A stretch of 64,000 nt of DNA from an uncultured Saprospiraceae bacterium (GCA_937929835.1 CALFUU010000035.1:10940-74939); one strand, 5' to 3'; shown: positions 9,450 through 18,948, numbered from the stretch's first letter. Translations and numbers: made by a program. Notes: generated from the letters alone by a model not told the origin.

Positions 9450-11156
9450 CTACATATGTCTCTCATATCGACTGATATTGCCGCAGTGGTCTATGACGGT
9501 TAGCTTGAAATTGAGTGGCCCCTCTGGCAGTCTATCCCTATCAGAGAAAGATAATAGATCATTTTTTGCATCATACTTCATCCTGATCCAAGAGCCATTG
9601 AGCTTGGCGATATAACGCAAATCATTGGTGCTTCCATCTGGGCTAAGATTATCAGTGACCTTTACCTTCCAAGGAGATGAGAGTGTAGGAGAGAAGCTGA
9701 CAGGCTGTATGCTCGGAGCAATCGTATCCTTATACAAAGACAAGACGCCTAATTCATCTGGCCTCACTAACAACTTATTGCCTATGGTATCGGCTGCAAA
9801 CTGACGCTTTTTGCCATTTGCATCTACTTTAATCAATGACCACTTATTAGGGTCAGACTTCGGAAGAGGACAGTAGATTTGATATTTACCGTTGACTGGA
9901 ATATACCGATCGCCTATAATCACTGAAGGGCACTTTTGCCCATCGACATCCTTAACTTCATAAGATATATCTAGTGCTGTAGGATAGAAGAAACTATTAG
10001 GACCAAAACGTACATCAAAGTACCCTACATTATGATTATGCGTCGTGTCACAATCTAAGACTGCAGGTCTTGTAGCATCAGCCAGTCCACTCGATCTTGC
10101 CACAAAGTTTAATCGAGACGCATTTCCATAAAGATCATAGGCTCTTAAACTAACTCTTCTTGTCTTACCTCTGGATAGATCGATAATGCCATCCCCTGTC
10201 TCGTCATTGTAATAAGAGAAAGGATTACATTTTGCCTTGTACATCAGATAGACCTTCTGTCCGTGAAGCTGCTTGCGTTCATAGTCCCAGAATGCATTGA
10301 TATATCGGGTCTCATCAAAAGAAAACTCATCAGCCTCCCATCTTATAAGCAAGCTATCATCAACAGATAATTCAAATCCATAGACGCCATTCTTATTCCA
10401 TGAGCCATCCATCCTATCAAACATCTGGAGACCTACTCCTAAGAATCCAGTCTCAATGTCTATGGTGTCCCGGTATAATCTATACGACTTGGATTTGGGA
10501 TTGAAGTACTTAATCTCTTTGGCTACAATATCTCCCTCCGGACTCAACTGATGCAGGTGTAGGCTCTCGAGTGTTGGCGCTCTCTTATCTGTAGGTCCTA
10601 TTCCAAATAACTCTGGATTGAGTGGTTTCTCTGTCTTTGTTTCTCTTAACTCAAAATGGAGGTGCGGTCCAAAAGATCGACCCGAGTTGCCCATCTCCCC
10701 TATCTTCTCACCCTTGATGTATTGAAACTGATCCTCTTGCAGATATATATCTACTTCAAATGATTCTAGGGCATATTGTATCTCTTCTACATAAGCCTCT
10801 AGCTCATCAGTAAAAGAGGATAGATGCGCATAGACGGAAGTATAGCCATTGGGATGATCTATGTATAAAACGTTTCCATAACCTCCGCTCTGAATCTTGA
10901 TTCTAGAGACATGTCCATTACCGACTATTTTGATTCTGTCACCACTCTGTCCTTTTGTTGACTTGATATCAATACCCGCATGGAAGTGGTTGGGTCTCAA
11001 CTCCATAAAGTTGCCCGTAAGCTTGATATCGTGGTCCACGGGAGATACAAATCCTAAGCTATCTAACCCCTTAGTGTCCAACCCATTTGCGGATAAAACA
11101 ATAAACGGAAGGTGGAATACTAAAATCAAGCAAAACTTAAGGGATGTAGGCATCAA
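9450..11156 (-). CDS. M23 family metallopeptidase
   Basis: HFHAGID, GYGN..HPNG..SVYAHL, GPHLHFE; signal peptide. Confidence 0.9.
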   Translation of the reverse strand: MMPTSLKFCLILVFHLPFIVLSANGLDTKGLDSLGFVSPVDHDIKLTGNFMELRPNHFHAGIDIKSTKGQSGDRIKIVGNGHVSRIKIQSGGYGNVLYIDHPNGYTSVYAHLSSFTDELEAYVEEIQYALESFEVDIYLQEDQFQYIKGEKIGEMGNSGRSFGPHLHFELRETKTEKPLNPELFGIGPTDKRAPTLESLHLHQLSPEGDIVAKEIKYFNPKSKSYRLYRDTIDIETGFLGVGLQMFDRMDGSWNKNGVYGFELSVDDSLLIRWEADEFSFDETRYINAFWDYERKQLHGQKVYLMYKAKCNPFSYYNDETGDGIIDLSRGKTRRVSLRAYDLYGNASRLNFVARSSGLADATRPAVLDCDTTHNHNVGYFDVRFGPNSFFYPTALDISYEVKDVDGQKCPSVIIGDRYIPVNGKYQIYCPLPKSDPNKWSLIKVDANGKKRQFAADTIGNKLLVRPDELGVLSLYKDTIAPSIQPVSFSPTLSSPWKVKVTDNLSPDGSTNDLRYIAKLNGSWIRMKYDAKNDLLSFSDRDRLPEGPLNFKLTVIDHCGNISRYERHM

Positions 11157-12168
11157 TATTTTCTAACAACTCTTCTAAACTATTCAGCGCTTGCAAATGT
11201 GACAATTCTCCTGAAGATATACTTAAGGATAACGTTTCTATCCGCTCTTTTATACTCTTCTTTTCTGCCAATCTTCTATACAGCAAGTTTTTCTGACCTT
11301 CCATAAATCTCAGCTGCTCCTGATGCATACGAAACTGTGCTAATCGATTTCCTTGTTCCATATGCGCATAGTATGCTTCTATCTGTTGGTCTAGCCCACT
11401 GAGATATTCCGTAGTCATAGAACTAAAGAGTGCACTACGTGGTTTCCACGACCATTCATTGATAGAAAATAAGCTTAAGGCAGAGCGATAATTATCTCTA
11501 CTAATTTGGGCAACAGATTTGAGTTCACCATCGGCTTTAGTAATCAAAAGCAGATCTGCCATCTCCATTATACCCCTCTTGATACCTTGTAGCTCATCAC
11601 CGCCTCCTGGCTGCAACAACAGAATAAATAGATCAACTAAATCTCGAACCTCATACTCCGACTGACCCACTCCGACTGTCTCTATAAATATGTAATCATA
11701 ATCAGCCATCTCACAAAGGCAAATAGCTGCAGAGGTAGCCGGTGCTACACCTCCGAGTGCCAATGCAGAAGCCATTGGTTTGATAAATACACCTTCTAGC
11801 CCGACAAGGGCATCCATACGCGTCTTGTCTCCGAGGATACTCCCTCTAGTCGTATAACTGGAAGGGTCTACAGGGAGTATCGCTACTCTATAACCGCTAT
11901 CGATTAGATGTTTACAATAAGCATTAAGAAATGAACTTTTGCCTACACCGGGAGCTCCAGTGATGGCTATGCGCTTGACATCCTTCTTGCGGTGCAGAAC
12001 TTTATAAACAGACTTAAGAAACTTCTTATCCGCAGCGAGTGTACTTTCTGCTCTGGATATAAGTTGACTTAATACTTGTGCATCAGATTTGATAAGTCGT
12101 TGGCATTCTGCAAGCGAGTAGGTCTTAGCTGTCTGGCGGCGATATGCTGGATTTATATGCTTGGGCAT
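11137..12168 (-). CDS. meaB: methylmalonyl-CoA mutase-associated GTPase MeaB/ArgK
   Basis: GAPGVGKSS, VDPSS..GSILGDKTRM, ETVGVGQSE, GDELQGIKRGIME; start taken at ATG 12168 behind a -7 box. Confidence 0.92.
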   Translation of the reverse strand: MPKHINPAYRRQTAKTYSLAECQRLIKSDAQVLSQLISRAESTLAADKKFLKSVYKVLHRKKDVKRIAITGAPGVGKSSFLNAYCKHLIDSGYRVAILPVDPSSYTTRGSILGDKTRMDALVGLEGVFIKPMASALALGGVAPATSAAICLCEMADYDYIFIETVGVGQSEYEVRDLVDLFILLLQPGGGDELQGIKRGIMEMADLLLITKADGELKSVAQISRDNYRSALSLFSINEWSWKPRSALFSSMTTEYLSGLDQQIEAYYAHMEQGNRLAQFRMHQEQLRFMEGQKNLLYRRLAEKKSIKERIETLSLSISSGELSHLQALNSLEELLENIDAYIP

Positions 12169-12187
12169 ACTCAAAAATAATCCTTGA

Positions 12188-13000
12188 CTAGCCCATTTCC
12201 GCAATACGGATCATCTCATCCTCTACACGATGGACCAACTCTACATAATGCGGGTCTCTTTTGGTATGTCGATTTCTTTCAATAGGCAAATCAACATCTA
12301 TGTGAGAAACAAATTTTGATGGAGCAGACTTCATTATATAAATATCATCTGCCAGATACACGGCTTCAGAGATATCGTGGGTCACAAAGATTATTGTGGA
12401 TTGGAACTTTCTCCATATGCTTGTTAGGAGATCTTGCATCTGTAAGCGAGTTCTGATATCAAGAGCACCAAAGGGTTCATCCATCAACAAAATGTTAGGA
12501 TTGGCTAAAAGACTCCTTGCAATCGCAATTCTTTGTAACTGACCACCTGACAGGGTTGGATACTGTGCATATTTGTGCTCGTGTCCTTCTAAGCCTACAA
12601 GTCGAATTATCTCCATAGCCTTTTCTTGACGTTCACTTTTGGAGATGCCTTTGTAGTTCATAGCGAGACTGACGTTCTCTAATACAGTTAGCCAGGGTAA
12701 CGAAGAGTATTGCTGAAAAACCATACAAACTCTCTCTGCCTCGCTGACTTCTTTTCCGTTGACGAGGACGTTGCCCTCTGTAGGTTTTTGTAAGCCAGCC
12801 ATATATCTAAGTAAAGTAGACTTTCCACTGCCTGACATTCCGAGTATGACTACAAACTGTCCTTGATCAGGCTTGTCTTCTACCAAAAACTCTAGGTCCT
12901 TGATGATCCAATTCTGACCACCATCATAAGATTGGCCTATGCCCTTAAGATCAATTATGTTAGATAAACCTGTATCCTTAAACTTAAACATCGACAGCAT
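12188..13000 (-). CDS. ABC transporter ATP-binding protein (TauB/SsuB type)
   Basis: GMSGSGKST, LSGGQLQR, LLMDEPFGALD, FVTHD; start at ATG 13000 or 12991. Confidence 0.93.
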   Translation of the reverse strand: MLSMFKFKDTGLSNIIDLKGIGQSYDGGQNWIIKDLEFLVEDKPDQGQFVVILGMSGSGKSTLLRYMAGLQKPTEGNVLVNGKEVSEAERVCMVFQQYSSLPWLTVLENVSLAMNYKGISKSERQEKAMEIIRLVGLEGHEHKYAQYPTLSGGQLQRIAIARSLLANPNILLMDEPFGALDIRTRLQMQDLLTSIWRKFQSTIIFVTHDISEAVYLADDIYIMKSAPSKFVSHIDVDLPIERNRHTKRDPHYVELVHRVEDEMIRIAEMG

Positions 13001-14117
13001 TCTTTTTGGTGTAGGAAATAAAGATTCCATAAAGCATAAAAGCCACACCGACTAGAATGGCCAACAATAAAATAGTACTTAAAGAAAAACCGCTCAGCGA
13101 AACTGGCGACAAATCGAGAAGTGAATTTGCTATCACCGCAAATGTTAATACACCCAACCACAGTTGTACACCAATCTTGGCTTCTTTAAGGCCAGATCGC
13201 ATACTTTTATAATTTTTATAGGGGAAAAGCATTTTATCTATGAGCTTAAATATTTGATCTTGTATGTATCCAATAGCAATAATAATGATGAGTATCGCAA
13301 ATACCTTTTCTAGTTGCCCTTGCCTTGCCTTAATAAATATGAGAGAACCTATACCACCTTGTCGATTGACCAACTCCGCAATTATTATATAAGTCCAAGA
13401 TATAGCAGTCAAGACCCGCATATCATCCATTACCTTAGACATCACTGAAGGAAAGTACACCGACTTTATTGTCTGCCAACTATTGGCATTGAGGGTAAAT
13501 ACAGTTTTGAGATAGACATCCTCTACTTCATATATGCGCTGGACGATAACCGGTAGCAGATAGACCAATATACCAAAAGCGAGAAAGGCCACCTTCATCC
13601 CGCTATATATACCAAACCACGCTACGAATAAGCCTACCAGGGCGGACAGCGGAAGAAATCTTATCGCGTCTACTTGTCTACTGAATAAGCCCCTAAACAA
13701 GGGAATCAAGCCGATTAGAAACCCGAGAGGAATCGCAATGAGAACAGCCCACACATATCCTTGGATGTTAATCCAAATAGATTGCAACATATTGCTCACC
13801 AGCTTATCATCATTGATCAGACTGCCAAATGAACCCGCTACCCGCTGTGGCGGTGGTAGATTAGGGTACACCTTCTCGAATTCTGTAGCATTGGCAAAAG
13901 CCAAACTATCAGCGACGGCCAGAGAATCTAGATCAATATTGTGATCCCCAGAAATAGAACTTGGTAGATGTGTATCAAAGTTGGAAATAATAGGCTTTTC
14001 CTTAGAAAGAAACTCTGCCATAACCCACCAAAAAAAGATGAATAAGAGAAAACCTACCAACCCTAGCAATAAGGACTGGTTTTTTGTGAGTTCTCCTCTG
14101 AGCTTAAATAAATCCAT
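12984..14117 (-). CDS. ABC transporter permease (TauC/SsuC type)
   Basis: multiple TM helices; IRFLPLSAL; ISWTYIIIAEL..GGIG. Confidence 0.88.
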   Translation of the reverse strand: MDLFKLRGELTKNQSLLLGLVGFLLFIFFWWVMAEFLSKEKPIISNFDTHLPSSISGDHNIDLDSLAVADSLAFANATEFEKVYPNLPPPQRVAGSFGSLINDDKLVSNMLQSIWINIQGYVWAVLIAIPLGFLIGLIPLFRGLFSRQVDAIRFLPLSALVGLFVAWFGIYSGMKVAFLAFGILVYLLPVIVQRIYEVEDVYLKTVFTLNANSWQTIKSVYFPSVMSKVMDDMRVLTAISWTYIIIAELVNRQGGIGSLIFIKARQGQLEKVFAILIIIIAIGYIQDQIFKLIDKMLFPYKNYKSMRSGLKEAKIGVQLWLGVLTFAVIANSLLDLSPVSLSGFSLSTILLLAILVGVAFMLYGIFISYTKKNAVDV

Positions 14118-14133
14118 CTTTTCTTTTTTTGTA

Positions 14134-15771
14134 CTATCCCGCGATCAATTCAAAGTCTGTTCTTCTGTTCTTAGCCTTTCCTGCAGCTGTATTATTATCA
14201 GCAACTGGCTTATCAGGGCCATTACCGACGACTACGAGTCTATTTCTTGGAAACCCGTGCACTTGTATTAGGTATTCGGCAACTGACTCCGCTCTCTTTT
14301 TAGACAACAATACGTTGGCTTGATAACTACCCGTATTATCCGTGTTACCTTCTACTCTTATTCTCATATTACCAAATGCTTTGGCGATATCCACAAACTC
14401 TCTGTCGATGATGTACTTCGCATTTTCATCAAGTCTATATTGTGCTGTCGGAAATGAAATACTTACAGCCTTAGTCGCAACAGCTTCTTTCTTCTCGTCT
14501 GCTTTTGTTGGAGCCGTATAGACTTTCTGTGCTTCTGCATTGTGCATCCCACCTTGTAGGCTTGTAGAGGTAACGAGTCCAGGGTAAGCGACTAATCGCC
14601 AATTAGGCACCTTGCCTTCGATAAATCCTAAGTCCTTGTACTTATCCCCCATAGTGGTATAGAGTTTCTCTCCATCCATTCCTTTAAAATTAGGATTAAG
14701 CCCAAAAAAGTTTTGGTTATCACCGTGGGTAGTCAGTCTTACATTATCAATCATAAGGAGAGCATCGTCTGTCGTTAACGCCACACCTCTATCTGTAAAT
14801 TCTTCTGCCAGAATCTTAGCAGCTTTTGTTTTGTTAGACTTGTTGCTATTAATTTCTGCGGCTCCTCTCATCCAACCTTCATATAGTTTTCTGAGTCTAT
14901 CCTCATTTTTTCTAACATACTCGCGTTTCGCCATAAATACATCGGCGATAATATTAGCTGCAGACTTAGAATTCTCTAGAACTCTAGCCCCTGGAACTTC
15001 TTTTACTGCCAAGATATCATCTGGACTCCATACCACCGCAGCATCTACTCTCTGTGACTTAAATACCTGAGCTGCATCTATAGCACTTGGTTGTGGCACG
15101 ATCTCAACATCCTTGGTTGTCAGACCTCCAGCTTCTAGTAACCAGATCAAGAAAGAGTGTGAAGGTGTCAACTCTGCAACAGCAATCTTTTTTCCTTTCA
15201 GATCAGACACTTTATTGATTCCTCTACGAGCGACGATAGCATCTCCACCTCTAGACCAATCGGCTTGCCATAAAATAACAGGATCAAAATCGCTAAGACC
15301 ATTCACTTCTGTAGGGAATGCATCTATCGTCTGCCAGAGTAGATGCACCTCGTCTGCTCTAAAAGCATTTCTAGAAGCTTCAAAGTCATCTAAGACTTTG
15401 AACTCTACTTTTAAGCCATACTCTTTGAAGAATCTTGATCGAGTATTTGCCTCAAACCCTTCATTGAAATATTGGCCACCTGCATAGCCCCCCCAAGTTA
15501 CAACACCTATCTTAATAACATCGTCATCATCGTTATTGCTCGAGTTGGATTTATTTCCGAATAGACCACCCTTCTTTCCTGATTTTGTGGTTTCTGCAGT
15601 TGACTTGGTTGATGAATTGTTTCCAGAATTAGACTGAGCTTCTTCTGTCTGATTCTTTACCATTTCACCAAGTTGTGTATTGTTACAACCCCATTGTGCT
15701 AAGAAAAATACTGCAGCAACAATTAATAAAGTAATCAGTAGTTTGGAAAATGTGGTTAAACGTTTTGCCAT
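14134..15771 (-). CDS. membrane-anchored NMT1/SsuA-like substrate-binding protein fused to OmpA C-terminal domain
   Basis: N-terminal TM; TWGGY, DWSRGGDAIV..DLKGKKIA; C-terminal GNTDNTG..N..LS.KRA.SV..G.G..P..N..NRR. Confidence 0.85.
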   Translation of the reverse strand: MAKRLTTFSKLLITLLIVAAVFFLAQWGCNNTQLGEMVKNQTEEAQSNSGNNSSTKSTAETTKSGKKGGLFGNKSNSSNNDDDDVIKIGVVTWGGYAGGQYFNEGFEANTRSRFFKEYGLKVEFKVLDDFEASRNAFRADEVHLLWQTIDAFPTEVNGLSDFDPVILWQADWSRGGDAIVARRGINKVSDLKGKKIAVAELTPSHSFLIWLLEAGGLTTKDVEIVPQPSAIDAAQVFKSQRVDAAVVWSPDDILAVKEVPGARVLENSKSAANIIADVFMAKREYVRKNEDRLRKLYEGWMRGAAEINSNKSNKTKAAKILAEEFTDRGVALTTDDALLMIDNVRLTTHGDNQNFFGLNPNFKGMDGEKLYTTMGDKYKDLGFIEGKVPNWRLVAYPGLVTSTSLQGGMHNAEAQKVYTAPTKADEKKEAVATKAVSISFPTAQYRLDENAKYIIDREFVDIAKAFGNMRIRVEGNTDNTGSYQANVLLSKKRAESVAEYLIQVHGFPRNRLVVVGNGPDKPVADNNTAAGKAKNRRTDFELIAG

Positions 15772-15794
15772 TTTGTTTATATTATATTAGTCAG

Positions 15795-16802
15795 TTAGTC
15801 AAAAAAATTATCGTATTGATTGCCTCGCTTCTCCTGGACTGGTGTCTTAATAGGCGCATTGAGATCAAGGACATTGTTATCATTGTTAGCATCTAGGATT
15901 AGTTGCTCTTTGGACTCACCGAGGAGTAAGGAAGTCGATTCTTTTTCCCACTTCTCTAACATCTCCATACCCTTCTCTTCGAAGATTCCATTCTGAAGAT
16001 CGATAGATGCCATAAACTCTTCAGACATTTCCATAAATCTCTCCATCTCTCCTACTTTCCCACTTACGTCATCGGCTATAGCTTCTAGAGCCTGGTCAAA
16101 CATAGCTCTCTTATCCGTATCTCCTTTGATGATTGACATTGCAGATTTCATCGCGGAGTGACCTGCCATCATCGCCTTATGCTCCTGCTCTTTGAGTTCT
16201 ATTTGATCTTCGATATCTTCTGTAAGGATAAAGGAGTTATCGTACATCTTATTGAGAACCCTATATAAGACCTCCATCCTTTTGTAAAGGTCACCCAACT
16301 TCATATTGGATTCCTTTAAACGGCCAGCTTTTCTGGTCTTTAGTATGACTTGAGCATTTTCATTGCTAGCTTTGGCTTTACTAGCCAGATCCATATTGGC
16401 TTTGATGTTCTTTTGGTTATTGACCATCATTTCCTTGAGCTTGTGCATCTGAACTCTCATCTTTCCGATCTGCTTGCGCATTTTCTTAAGATTAGATCTG
16501 AGGTCAGAAACATAGGCCTTGAGTATAGCCATAGGATTTATCTCTACAAAAAGGCCTGTGATCCAGCGCATTACACTCTTGTACATATAGGAAACAAGAT
16601 TGCGCGCTTTGCTGTCCAAGGCAGTAAATACGATGACGGCAAACGAAAGGAGTAAGGCTAACAATCCTCCTGTTGATTGGGTAAGGGTAAGCACAAAACC
16701 GATCAGCGTAGGTAGTAACCAACCGACAACACCTAGCAAGCCCACTAGGAAGATTATTCCTGTGATGCCCTCAGGCCTTTTCCAAAAAGATTTCTTGTTG
16801 AT
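15795..16802 (-). CDS. membrane-anchored long coiled-coil protein (PspA-like); start uncertain, possibly ATC 16802 or ATT 16814
   Basis: frame open upstream of GTG 16745 (INKKSFWKRPEGITGIIFLV) to TAA 16817-16815; 2-3 TM segments then ~200-aa coiled coil. Confidence 0.7.
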   Translation of the reverse strand: MNKKSFWKRPEGITGIIFLVGLLGVVGWLLPTLIGFVLTLTQSTGGLLALLLSFAVIVFTALDSKARNLVSYMYKSVMRWITGLFVEINPMAILKAYVSDLRSNLKKMRKQIGKMRVQMHKLKEMMVNNQKNIKANMDLASKAKASNENAQVILKTRKAGRLKESNMKLGDLYKRMEVLYRVLNKMYDNSFILTEDIEDQIELKEQEHKAMMAGHSAMKSAMSIIKGDTDKRAMFDQALEAIADDVSGKVGEMERFMEMSEEFMASIDLQNGIFEEKGMEMLEKWEKESTSLLLGESKEQLILDANNDNNVLDLNAPIKTPVQEKRGNQYDNFFD

Positions 16803-16966
16803 GTTCCTGTAAATTTAACCTTGAGAAAATATATGTAAAAATAACATATATCCTATACTATTAGGATTCTCAAGATTCAACCCTTTAAAGAGGATAACAA
16901 TTCCACAATAATGGGATTATCCACAAACCGTGCTGGTCCATAGATTTCATAGCGATCTTAATCGAC

Positions 16967-17002
16967 AAAAAAAAATTCCTACCCTAGTAAAGAGCAGGAA
17001 TT
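16967..17002 (-). terminator. intrinsic terminator downstream of the small peptide gene
   Basis: minus-strand RNA AAUUCCUGCUCU-UUACU-AGGGUAGGAAUU then U-run; two G-U pairs form only on this strand. Confidence 0.8.
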
Positions 17003-17014
17003 CAGCTATTATAG

Positions 17015-17036
17015 TAGCTTATCGGGCGATAAGCTA
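17015..17036. repeat. perfect 10-bp inverted repeat
   Basis: TAGCTTATCG-GG-CGATAAGCTA between peptide stop and terminator. Confidence 0.8.
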
Positions 17037-17064
17037 TATGACTTTAACACTAGTTATTTCTTGG

Positions 17065-17127
17065 CTAGAAGTCTCCAGTATCTTCTACAATTCCTAAAAG
17101 GATTAAAATTTCTTTGATGATTTCCAT
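17065..17127 (-). CDS. unannotated 20-aa peptide MEIIKEILILLGIVEDTGDF
   Basis: ATG 17127 in A-rich context with A at -3 (AAACTATAAAAATTATACT-ATG), TAG 17067-17065, then hairpin and terminator. Confidence 0.65.
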   Translation of the reverse strand: MEIIKEILILLGIVEDTGDF

Positions 17128-17210
17128 AGTATAATTTTTATAGTTTAAGTATTACTATCCTAAAATTATACCAGTTACACACGCGTAAAAATTACACAAA
17201 TCTGTGATTT

Positions 17211-17362
17211 GGGACATACATAAAAGTATGAACCAATCAAAAGCAACTACCATTAGTCATCAAAAAGTGTTGGTTTAAAACCTTCCTTTTAAAATCAGTG
17301 TAAATAAACCGTCTGAAAGGCTTATTGAGAATCATAATCTTATTAGTTTAGGGACATACATA
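17211..17362. promoter_or_regulatory. pair of 12-bp direct repeats GGGACATACATA (17211-17222, 17351-17362), candidate operators
   Basis: exact repeat 140 bp apart in the divergent intergenic region; both followed shortly by ATGAA. Confidence 0.5.
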
Positions 17363-17420
17363 TCAGATGAAACATATTACATTTATATATATAAACATCT
17401 GATTATCATTTGTATACATC

Positions 17421-18944
17421 ATGAAAGATTTACAAATACTTGCCAATTACGTATCCCTTCAAAAGGTCAAACAAGTCCAAATAGTTACTGATGACACCAG
17501 TTTTAAAGGAAAATCACGCCTTTTTTACCAATTACTAACAAATGGGGACATAAAAACTGATGAAGAAGCTCAACAGAAGCTATATAATGGACCAAATCCT
17601 GAGAGTTATAGAAAGCTCAAGTATAGACTTAGGCAAAAACTCATCAATACCTTATTTGTTGTTGATGGTCATCAATACGGAAAGAGTAAAGACGAAAAAA
17701 GCGAAGTCAATCTTATCAAACTATGGGCAGCAACGGAAATACTAACCCACCGGCGTCTCCAAGGCTTGTCAAGACGACTACAAGCTCAGGTACTTAAAAC
17801 AGCCATAAAGCTGGACAGATTAGACATAGCGATCCCTATCGCAGTGGAGCAGAGAAGGAGATTTGGTGTTACTGAATACAATAATGCTAAATATGATAAG
17901 TTCAACACGCTAGTAAAAACGCTAACTCTACAATACAATTTCCAAATCGAAAGCTCTGAATACTACACCTGGCTGGCTAGTATAGTGAGTCACAAGCTGA
18001 AATACGACCAAGTTCATTTCACACAAGTAAAGAATAGATTATTAGAAATGAGATCTTCACTTTCGGAGATCAACAACTTTAATTCCTCATTCTTTCTATT
18101 TAATGCCATCTATTATGTGTCCATTCTCGATGGTGACCGCGCTCTAAAAAAGTCCATCTGTAGCGAAGCACTCGACTATCTCGCGGAGTTCCCCGATACA
18201 CCACCCATAATGCACTTCTCATTCAAGCAAAAAACGGCTCTCCTCGTCTTAGAAGAAGGGCAAATGGACTCTGCCTTAACTTTCCTTAATGAGCTCGATA
18301 AAATAAGCGTCAAGCCTGGCTCCATATCTTGGCAATTTGTACGCAATTACAAAAGCCTCATCCATTTTAGTACTCAAAATTACATAGAGGCTTATAAGGT
18401 CACGGCAAGCATTATCAATAACAATAAGGCTTTCAATAATCTTAGCTCTACTTTCAAGGAACATTGGTACATTAAGGAGGCCTACTTGTCTTTCCTAATT
18501 GCTGCTGGCAGATTTGACATCTCAAAAATTAGAGAAAAATTCAATAGAGCCTTTAGAATCAGTAGGTTTATGAATGAAGTACCACAACCTTCCAAGGATA
18601 AAGTAGGCTACAACCTTAGTATTAACATCATACAATTCTATTTTATCTTTTTGGAGTCGGACCCGATACGCATCTCCGACAAGCTAGAAAGCTTGAAGCA
18701 ATACGGCTTTAGATATCTCAAAGGTAAGCGGCACATTAGAGCAAGAACCTTTATCAAACTTCTTCAAAAATTAAAAAACCCACTCCTCAGCTCGAAGCAA
18801 ATTATTTCGAAGTCTAAAACCTTACTAAAAACACTAATGGAGCACCCACACGACTATTCCATAGAGGTCATGGAACGGGAAATTATTCCCTATGAATTGC
18901 AATGGGGAGAGCTTATTAATTATCTAGAAAAAGAAGGCAGTTAA
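17421..18944 (+). CDS. hypothetical 507-aa all-helical protein: HTH-like N-terminus plus TPR-like repeats (candidate regulator)
   Basis: TDEEAQQKLY..SYRKLKYRLRQKL HTH-like pattern; TPR-like helices (LEEGQMDSALTFL, STQNYIEAYKV); no signal peptide. Confidence 0.7.
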   Translation: MKDLQILANYVSLQKVKQVQIVTDDTSFKGKSRLFYQLLTNGDIKTDEEAQQKLYNGPNPESYRKLKYRLRQKLINTLFVVDGHQYGKSKDEKSEVNLIKLWAATEILTHRRLQGLSRRLQAQVLKTAIKLDRLDIAIPIAVEQRRRFGVTEYNNAKYDKFNTLVKTLTLQYNFQIESSEYYTWLASIVSHKLKYDQVHFTQVKNRLLEMRSSLSEINNFNSSFFLFNAIYYVSILDGDRALKKSICSEALDYLAEFPDTPPIMHFSFKQKTALLVLEEGQMDSALTFLNELDKISVKPGSISWQFVRNYKSLIHFSTQNYIEAYKVTASIINNNKAFNNLSSTFKEHWYIKEAYLSFLIAAGRFDISKIREKFNRAFRISRFMNEVPQPSKDKVGYNLSINIIQFYFIFLESDPIRISDKLESLKQYGFRYLKGKRHIRARTFIKLLQKLKNPLLSSKQIISKSKTLLKTLMEHPHDYSIEVMEREIIPYELQWGELINYLEKEGS

Positions 18945-18948
18945 TGGA

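Noticed and set aside
16815..16847. ATG 16847 as start of the coiled-coil gene via stop read-through
   Set aside because: In-frame TAA at 16817-16815 intervenes, TAA is the normal stop across this window, and there is no sign of recoding.
16917..16925. Perfect DnaA box TTATCCACA / possible oriC
   Set aside because: Only one perfect box, which is expected by chance in 64 kb; no cluster or origin-associated genes.
16803..18948. IS element or prophage remnant
   Set aside because: No transposase, integrase or phage motifs, terminal inverted repeats or target duplication seen.
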